Part shown: positions 60,901-64,000 of the stretch, piece after piece
How positions within the stretch are numbered: the first letter of the stretch is position 1
How the letters are laid out: every line of letters starts with the position of its first letter
DNA from: the human T2T-CHM13v2.0 reference genome, Homo sapiens
Assembly: GCF_009914755.1 (NCBI RefSeq)
Contig: NC_060931.1
Direction: 5' to 3' (one strand)
DNA: 64,000 nucleotides
Made by a program: the position numbers and the translations under genes
Notes under the pieces: model-generated
What the model was told of the DNA's origin: nothing
Databases searched by the model: none
The model's input: only the letters and a program-made list of their open reading frames with translations

Positions 60901-62004
60901 GTGAAGGAAAAAGCATACAATAACAAGAAGAACTATTTTTTGTTTAATCTGGTAGAGATAAGAGCTGGTTAAAAAAAGTGTTGTGTAGGATACGATGTGG
61001 AGGAAAGAGCACAATCTGCTGTATGTCAACAGGACTAAGAATTTATGTTACACATATCCTTTACATAGGATGTCCACTTTAGTGAATTTGTACTAAAAGA
61101 AAAAAATACAAGTGTGTCTGTGTGTGTGTGTGTGTATACATATATATATATAAAGATTTTCTATCAGTAAATGATAGGTGAGACTTTGAATAAAGAGCGC
61201 TCCCTTGGCTCAAAATTATAGCAGTGAGAAATAAAATGGAAAACCAGAAACTCTGGACTCAATAACAAGATAAAAATCTCCCTGGAACAGAAATACAAAG
61301 CAGCTTGTAAGGCTGAAACATACCTGCTGTTACAAGCAGTGGTTACCAGGAGTATAGCTCCTGTAGAAAAAACGGGACAGAATATGTTCCAAAAGGAAGG
61401 AGGACCAAAGTCAACCTCACTGAAGGAGACAGAAAAAATATTACTGGTTTCACATACTGCCTGAGACTAGCTCATGGCAGACGTAGGGAGGTGGTGGGAT
61501 CAGGATGCAGGTACAGTCAACACAAAGTTGTTAAATACATCGGTGTGAGAATAAAGACAGTTAAAGGAGACTGAGGGAAAAACAACAACAAACCGGCAAC
61601 ATAGTAAATCTCTCTTCCTCAAGATATCCTGCAAGCCAAAATTCCAAATCACTGGTAGAAATCTAATGTTAAAATACTCTCAAAACTACAGGTATCTAAG
61701 ATCTACAATGAACTTTGCTACAATTACCCCAATAACTTTCAGGTAATAATGTAAAAACTTTTCAAAATATTTAAAGTGATGATAGAATTATTGAACACAA
61801 CAAAATATTATCAAATATGCAATTATATAATCTGTGTAACTCAAATTTTCTTGTTAATCCACACCACACACACAATTCTTTGTGATGGGGATAAAGGGCC
61901 TTAACCTTAACCTTAACATCTTAACGTCCAGGTAGGTGTTGGCAATGGCCTATTAGTAGCCTTCTAGCTAGGATGCTTGCTTTATTCCCAGTGGCTGCCT
62001 AGAC

Positions 62005-62307
62005 CACGAATTAGCAAATCTGATCTAGCGCTTGTTTTTGTACAGTCCACAGATAGTTTTACATTTTTAAATGTTAGTGACAAAAATCTAAAGAAAATAA
62101 CATTTCATGACATATAAAAAGTATAAGAATTCAAATTATGGTGCTCATAAATAAAGTTGTATTAGAACATAGCGCTCTCAATAGTCTAAATATTTTACTA
62201 TGGCTCTTTTTATGAAGAGTTGAATAGTTGTGACATAGACCATATGACCTGCAAAGCTAAAATATTTATGATCTGGCTATTTACAGAAAAAGCTTGCTGA
62301 TTCCTGG
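62005..62307. mobile_element. MER58B-like hAT relic
   Basis: ttttacatttttaaatg, aataaagttgtattagaacatagc, aaaatatttatgatctggctatttacagaaaaagcttgctgattcctg. Confidence 0.7.
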
Positions 62308-62869
62308 CCTACACCATCACTAAGGAATAGGTTTAAATCAACAGCTCTTATCAGCTGAAGGTCCTGAATCTCCTGCTAAACACTTTACCTTCCAGTGTTA
62401 GGAGAGCAGAGAGACAGTATGCATCCCTGCAGTGGAAGCAAATGTCATTGAAATGTGGAAGCCTAGAGTTATTATTTGGGAACCCTTATATGTGGGTCCT
62501 AGATATGATTATTCTAGCTTCTGCTGATTATTCTATAATTGTCCTATGATTTCACTGGTTTTGTTACTTCCCCAACAGCTGGTTGTAAATTTTATACATA
62601 GATAAATTAAGTAGCCCTAATATGTCAGTTTTAGATATGATTCGTGCACATATGGCTCTGATTCCTCCACCTGTCTGGCTATAGTTTTACATACATGCAA
62701 AGTACATTATCATCATGTGTTGAACCTGATTGCAATATAGTCCCCTTCACAGGACACAGGATTCGAACTGATAAAGGGATGAGGCCAGAATTGGACATCA
62801 GAATCATAAACACACTACTGGAAGTCAACAACAGCAAAACAAAATTTGAAAATGAATGCACCTAAGATA

Positions 62870-64000
62870 AAATTAATATCTTGGAAAAATTGGATAAAGA
62901 CTCTAAAATAGGTATGTTTTGGATTGCTCATAGACACAAATCAAGGCAAACTATACATTAAAAGAACAACAAGTATAAAATAGAATCAGGCACAAATTTT
63001 TAAAAATAAGAGGTAGGTGTAAAAAAGAACTATGAGAAAAGCTTGAAATAAAAAATACAGTCATTGAAATATAGAGATCTAATTTTTGAGACAAACTCTA
63101 GACCAAAACAGATCATAGTAATAACATAAATTAATGAATTGAAGATACTGCTGAGAAACTAATGTAAAATATAGCCTAGAGATATAGAAAGAGAGAAAAT
63201 ATGAAGGAACAATTAAGAAAGACGGGCGATAGACCAACGATCTCCATCACACATCGCATAAGAATTTTGGAAGTAGAGCAGTGAAGGACACGACAAGGAA
63301 GTGTTATTTGAAGATATAATAACAGAACTTCCTAGAAATAAAAACACAAGTTCGCCTATCTAAAATAAATATAAAATTCTAAAGGGTACAAAAATAAAAA
63401 TGATATTAACTCCTAAGGAACAATAGACTGACAGCAACATTTTTTCATCACTAAAAATAGATACTAGAATAGTGCATCATTATAAAAATAATAAAATAAC
63501 AAGAATGTTTCAATAACACATATGCATCTAACATATAGCTTCAAAAGTATGCATAACAAATAACAGACCTGAATGGGGAGGGGATAAACAATCAATAACT
63601 ATTATAGTAGAAGTTTTTTTATAGCCTTCTCAAATCAGCTAAATCAAACAAAGAAAAAATAAGCAAAGATACAGAAGATATGAAGAATACAGTTAACAAG
63701 TTAAAACTAGAAGACATATGACTCCATAACCAAAACTATTTTCAATCACACATGAAATGTTGGAAAAATTATCCTTTTGCTAGTTCGTAAGAGAAGCATT
63801 AATAAATATCAGGTAAATTATGTTCCACAGTAATACAATTATCAGTAACAAAAGTTTTTGAAATTCTACCTATCTGGAAACAAAATAACATATCCTAAAC
63901 TGCTTTTTTTAAAAAAGCAAAATTAAAATGTTCTTAGCATTAAACTAAACTAAAAATGTTACCTTTCCAAATATTTGTAGGAACCACTAAACTATCCTCA
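62870..64000 (+). mobile_element. Old L1M ORF1/ORF2 5' relic
   Basis: A-rich; atatgcatctaacatatagcttcaaaa, aagcaaagatacagaagatatgaa, tggaaacaaaataacatatcctaaa. Confidence 0.6.

Noticed and set aside
61899-61925. (ccttaa)n as an interstitial telomere
   Set aside because: Only 3-4 units, and the unit is not CCCTAA

Overview
AT-rich, CpG-depleted primate (human-like) genomic DNA made mostly of interspersed repeats; it looks intronic or intergenic, and no protein-coding host gene is recognisable. The main elements are a full-length but inactivated L1PA5-like LINE-1 (49736-55864, 23-bp TSD), several truncated L1PA/L1M/HAL1 pieces, about 15 Alus (many with clear TSDs), a nested ERV cluster (MER21C-like, MER50 with a tRNA-His PBS, MLT2, MLT1/MST; about 42.2-49.7 kb), L2/L3/MIR relics, MADE1/MER5A/MER58 DNA-transposon relics and a 1-kb AT minisatellite. 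The most unusual signals are: a composite insertion at 32063-32706 that looks like an Alu with a polyadenylated 3' transduction, later hit by a twin-primed L1; a perfect 55-bp palindrome at 30136-30190; an AT minisatellite bounded by a perfect 23-bp direct repeat; a templated 105-bp local duplication inside an MLT1 LTR; a spacer-less inverted Alu-arm pair; a strong CTCF motif; and several candidate (micro)exons. Subfamily names were assigned by eye from remembered consensus sequences, and boundaries without TSDs are approximate. I see no convincing novel multi-gene system.
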